A stretch of 64,000 bases of DNA. Source: Promethearchaeota archaeon (lineage in GTDB: Archaea; Asgardarchaeota; Lokiarchaeia; Sigyniarchaeales; SOKP01). Position numbers and translations under genes: made by a program. Numbering within the stretch: the stretch's first letter is position 1; each line of letters starts with the position of its first letter. The stretch is taken from NCBI GenBank assembly GCA_019057795.1, contig JAHLWS010000071.1:32001-96000 (forward strand), written 5' to 3'. Positions 60,366-64,000 of this stretch are shown here, piece after piece. The notes beneath the pieces were generated by a model. It did no database searches. It was not told the DNA's origin and saw only the letters and a list, made by a program, of their open reading frames with translations.

Positions 60366-62513
60366 ATGTCTCAGAAGAAAAATCCAGCTGAAGAATTCGT
60401 ATTTGAATTTTATGACGACGATTACGCTGAATCTTTAGAAAAAACGGAACCCGATATTATTGAGAAATATAAATATATCGATTTTAAGGGTGATTTAAAC
60501 GAAGAACAGCTCGATATAGTTAATAACATTAAAGGACCGATGTTGATAATAGCGGGAGCGGGTTCAGGGAAGACGAGAACTATTGTTTATTCGGTCGCTA
60601 AATTATTAGTGTCTGGAGTGAAACCTAGCGAGATAATGCTTGTCACCTTTACAAATAAAGCCGCTAAGGAAATGATTAAACGGGTAGAAATCCTATTAGG
60701 TAAGCGCCCAAAAGGTATATGGGCGGGGACATTTCATTCCATGGGAAATCGATTTTTAAGAAAGTATGCTAAAACGCTAGGTCTTAAGCCAAACTTTACG
60801 ATTTTGGACCAAACGGATTCGAAAGGCTTGATGAAACTAGCGATTAATCAAGCAAATATAAAAGAGCTTGAAGAAAGGTTTCCGAGTTCCGCAGTTGCTA
60901 AAAATATTTTATCTTTTTCTATTAATTGTAACAAATCTATTCACGAAGTTATACTTTGGAAGTATCCCCAATTTGACAAAGTTAAAATAATTACGAAGTT
61001 AAAAGAGGTGCTCAACATCTACAAAACCAAAAAAGCACGCGATAACTTAGTAGATTTTGACGACCTATTAGTTTTTTGGAATAGGTTATTAGACGAAAGG
61101 ATGGTTGCTAAATCAATTGCTCAACGCATTAAATATGTGTTAGTAGACGAATATCAAGATACTAACTACATTCAAGACGAAATCATTAGCAAAATTGTAA
61201 AAGAAAATCCTAACCTAAATGTTATGGCCGTAGGAGATGACGCCCAGAGTATTTACGCGTTTCGAGGGGCTAATTTTGAAAACATATTAAATTTTGAAAA
61301 GAAATACAAGGATTGCAAAAGATACGTTATAACTTATAACTACAGGAGCGTCCCTCAAATTCTCGACTTGGCGAATAATTCAATAAAACATAACAAAAAA
61401 CAGCACAAGAAAAACATGAAACCCGCTCGCCCTGAGGGTGAGATCCCATTTCAAGTAAATGTAGGAGACGAAAGGGACCAAGCTCGTTTTATTACTAGTC
61501 AAATCTTAAAATTACGTACTGATGATTACAAATTTTCTGAAATGGCGGTTCTCTGCCGGGCTAGTTTCCATTTGTTGCAAATCGAATTAGAATTACAAGC
61601 TAAAAACATCCCATACGAAGTACGAGCGGGAGTTGCATTTTTTGAAAAAGCCCACATTAAAGATTTATTGTCTCATTTGCGGATAATAGAAAACCCTTAC
61701 GATGAGATAGCGTGGTCGCGCGTTTTTTCTATAATTCCTGGGATTGGGGGCGCTTCAGCAGAAAAAATGTTTCATGCAATATCAAGCACCAGTAACCCTA
61801 TCGAAACATTATTGAATAAATCTTTTTTCACTACAAAAATGAAAGGTGCTCGAATTCCAGAAAAAGGAAGGAAAAGAGTAATCTTGCATGCAAAAAACTT
61901 AATTGATTTTACTTCTCAAGACGCTCCTGAAGAAATCATAAAAAGATTAGTGAAATTCTTAGAGGATCATATTAGATCTAAATACGAAAATTGGCAAGAA
62001 AGATTAGATGATTTGACTCAGCTTGGAGTTTACTCTCAAAAATATCCGACAATTCAAAGATTTTTAGAAACTCTTAGTTTAAACTCGTCTTCTCTTGAAT
62101 CGAAATCCGTCCGGATGGGCATTCAATCAGAAGACGAGAATCCGTTAGTGCTTTCTACGATCCACCGGGCTAAAGGTCTTGAATGGCGAGTAGTGTTTAT
62201 TCCTATGTTGTGCGAAGATTTCTTTCCTTCAAGTCGAGTTGTAGGAGATGCCGATGCATACGAGGAAGAACGGAGGGTTTTTTACGTTGCCACAACAAGA
62301 GCGAAAGACCAATTGTATTTGGTATCACCCTCTATGGTTAGAACATATAGAGGTTATCAAACGGGCAGATTATCACAGTTTATAACTGAACTTAAACCAA
62401 ATGTGTATCAGAAATCCTCGGTTCAATTTAAACCTACAAATGAAAAAAACAAAAGAAAAAATAAGGACATAAAATCAAATTTTATAAGTGCTTTCGACAT
62501 TTATGAGAAATAA
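60366..62513 (+). CDS. UvrD/PcrA-family SF1 DNA helicase
   Basis: AGAGSGKT, TFTNKAA, DEYQD, VGDDAQSIYAFRGA, NYRS, STIHRAKGLEW, EERRVFYVATTRA. Confidence 0.95.
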   Translation: MSQKKNPAEEFVFEFYDDDYAESLEKTEPDIIEKYKYIDFKGDLNEEQLDIVNNIKGPMLIIAGAGSGKTRTIVYSVAKLLVSGVKPSEIMLVTFTNKAAKEMIKRVEILLGKRPKGIWAGTFHSMGNRFLRKYAKTLGLKPNFTILDQTDSKGLMKLAINQANIKELEERFPSSAVAKNILSFSINCNKSIHEVILWKYPQFDKVKIITKLKEVLNIYKTKKARDNLVDFDDLLVFWNRLLDERMVAKSIAQRIKYVLVDEYQDTNYIQDEIISKIVKENPNLNVMAVGDDAQSIYAFRGANFENILNFEKKYKDCKRYVITYNYRSVPQILDLANNSIKHNKKQHKKNMKPARPEGEIPFQVNVGDERDQARFITSQILKLRTDDYKFSEMAVLCRASFHLLQIELELQAKNIPYEVRAGVAFFEKAHIKDLLSHLRIIENPYDEIAWSRVFSIIPGIGGASAEKMFHAISSTSNPIETLLNKSFFTTKMKGARIPEKGRKRVILHAKNLIDFTSQDAPEEIIKRLVKFLEDHIRSKYENWQERLDDLTQLGVYSQKYPTIQRFLETLSLNSSSLESKSVRMGIQSEDENPLVLSTIHRAKGLEWRVVFIPMLCEDFFPSSRVVGDADAYEEERRVFYVATTRAKDQLYLVSPSMVRTYRGYQTGRLSQFITELKPNVYQKSSVQFKPTNEKNKRKNKDIKSNFISAFDIYEK

Positions 62514-62750
62514 AACCGTTCTTAAAAATCTTAAAAACCTCAAAGCCTTTAGCTGTAAACTCCAGTCAGATTTCGAATGATATTCAATTTGGCATTAATC
62601 ATAAAAAAGAGTTTTATTTAGCTCAAATAAAACCTTATTACAACAAACATGTATTCGTTGTATGTTTTACTGTAATCGTATCGATAAAATCCGTGAGTGT
62701 ATTTAAAATAAAAAGATATATATAGCCTATTATGGTATTTTTAATTAACC

Positions 62751-63215
62751 ATGTCTCAATCGTATAAAGATTTTTTAAAAAAATATAATATTGACGATTT
62801 TAAAACGAAATTACAGCTTACTGGACGCACAAAAATAGATTTCTATAACGATATTAATAAATTACTAATGACCATGTGTAATATTTTCGATAAACTTTCA
62901 AATATTGCGCCTATGAGGGGCGCACAGGTATTAATGGGCTTAGCAAAATTGCACGAAACAAACACCGTTATAAACAAAACGGATGTTAAAAATTGCCTAA
63001 ATATCGATAGATTAGAGAAATTAAAATATGCTTTTGATTATTTGGAAAATGCCGGATACATCACGATTGAGAAAAAAACAGAAAAATTTCACATTGTAAA
63101 ATTAAACGAAGAAGACAATCCAGATCTAACAGTATTTCGAGAAATTATTCAGAAATATTGGAAATCACCTTTAGAAGAAAAGGAGAAAATAAAAAAATGG
63201 AGCGAGGAAATATGA
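62751..63215 (+). CDS. Hypothetical protein, winged-helix-like
   Basis: KYAFDYLENAGYITIEK...HIVKL resembles a wHTH. Confidence 0.65.
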   Translation: MSQSYKDFLKKYNIDDFKTKLQLTGRTKIDFYNDINKLLMTMCNIFDKLSNIAPMRGAQVLMGLAKLHETNTVINKTDVKNCLNIDRLEKLKYAFDYLENAGYITIEKKTEKFHIVKLNEEDNPDLTVFREIIQKYWKSPLEEKEKIKKWSEEI

Positions 63216-64000
63216 GAAATTCCCTTAAAAGAATAGAGTTAAATTTTGAAAATGAACAGGGCATGTTTGATTCCGTAAAAATAATCAGATCGGAGTATCT
63301 TAAAAAAGCCTTAAAATCTATTGCGTATATAATCATAATTTTAACCGTAGCGCTAAGTTATTTAATATTTGGTTATTTACCTTATTTAAACAACAATTCA
63401 TTCACTTATTTAATCTCGGGAACTTATCCCTCGGGAAGCGATGTATTCCCGTTAGATTTGACTTTAAGCTGGTTATTATTTAGCACCTCTATTTTTTTGA
63501 TAATATATTTAATAAGAGCAATAAACCTTAAATTTACGCCCTCTTTGATTAGATATATCGAACGGGAGACTAAACACATAGGGTTTGAATTTAAGAAAAG
63601 ATTTGAAAGTATGGGGCTTTTTACTATTTTAAATGTCGTTTCTATTATTATTCTTTTTTATTTAGACATCAAAGCTTTTCACTTTTTGTTAAACAATACA
63701 TATTTGAGTATTATCTTTAGGAATACGTTTGTTATATATCTATTTATGAGCATAACATTACCGATCATTTGGATATTTAAAAACGATAAATTTATCATTA
63801 AAGTAAAGGAAAATATCTTTATACAATGCGAGCTACGCTATAGTCTTAGTAAAAAGGAAGATTACAATCCTAATTTAGTAGGAATTATTTTAACCTCAAA
63901 TCGCTTATGTTCTAAATTTGATAAATCTGGAAAACACATATACTCTAAAATATCAGAAGGTAGATGGTTAAAAAAAAGCGACACCTCTGCAATTTCGCCA
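63212..64000 (+). CDS. Multi-TM membrane protein, runs off the window end
   Basis: ATGA overlap with the upstream gene; MRNSLKRIELNFENEQGMF... with several hydrophobic stretches. Confidence 0.65.
   Translation, partial: MRNSLKRIELNFENEQGMFDSVKIIRSEYLKKALKSIAYIIIILTVALSYLIFGYLPYLNNNSFTYLISGTYPSGSDVFPLDLTLSWLLFSTSIFLIIYLIRAINLKFTPSLIRYIERETKHIGFEFKKRFESMGLFTILNVVSIIILFYLDIKAFHFLLNNTYLSIIFRNTFVIYLFMSITLPIIWIFKNDKFIIKVKENIFIQCELRYSLSKKEDYNPNLVGIILTSNRLCSKFDKSGKHIYSKISEGRWLKKSDTSAISP

Overview
AT-rich (roughly 70% AT by eye) archaeal chromosomal segment, most consistent with an Asgard archaeon of the Lokiarchaeia type. Supporting signs are TFB genes, an actin-family protein, small GTPases, longin-like domains, HEAT proteins, a multi-PAS kinase and a fragment of the Loki-type LRR N-terminus. 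The window is mostly housekeeping and metabolic genes: AOR, a GlcD/GlcF-like pair, endonuclease IV, topoisomerase IA, purD, GH116, a corrinoid/URO-D methyltransferase pair, M32 peptidase, acyl-CoA ligase, amidase, TrmJ and UvrD. I recognised no rRNA, tRNA, CRISPR array or intact mobile element. The highlights are: (1) a proline-rich, GGPP-repeat protein with an N-terminal coiled coil and a C-terminal WH2/VASP-like motif, encoded just upstream of a catalytically divergent actin-related protein, a candidate prokaryotic actin-regulator module; (2) a P2A-like P-type ATPase whose ion-binding residues are replaced and whose TM4 reads PINL, resembling the PISL signature of eukaryotic P4 lipid flippases; (3) a ~10 kb neighbourhood of GTPase, longin, HEAT and coiled-coil genes, including a GTPase-coiled-coil gene split by one in-frame TAA and a longin-pseudoGTPase fusion; (4) several small ORFs and gene remnants missed by the ORF track. 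All family assignments come from motif recognition by eye, not from database searches.
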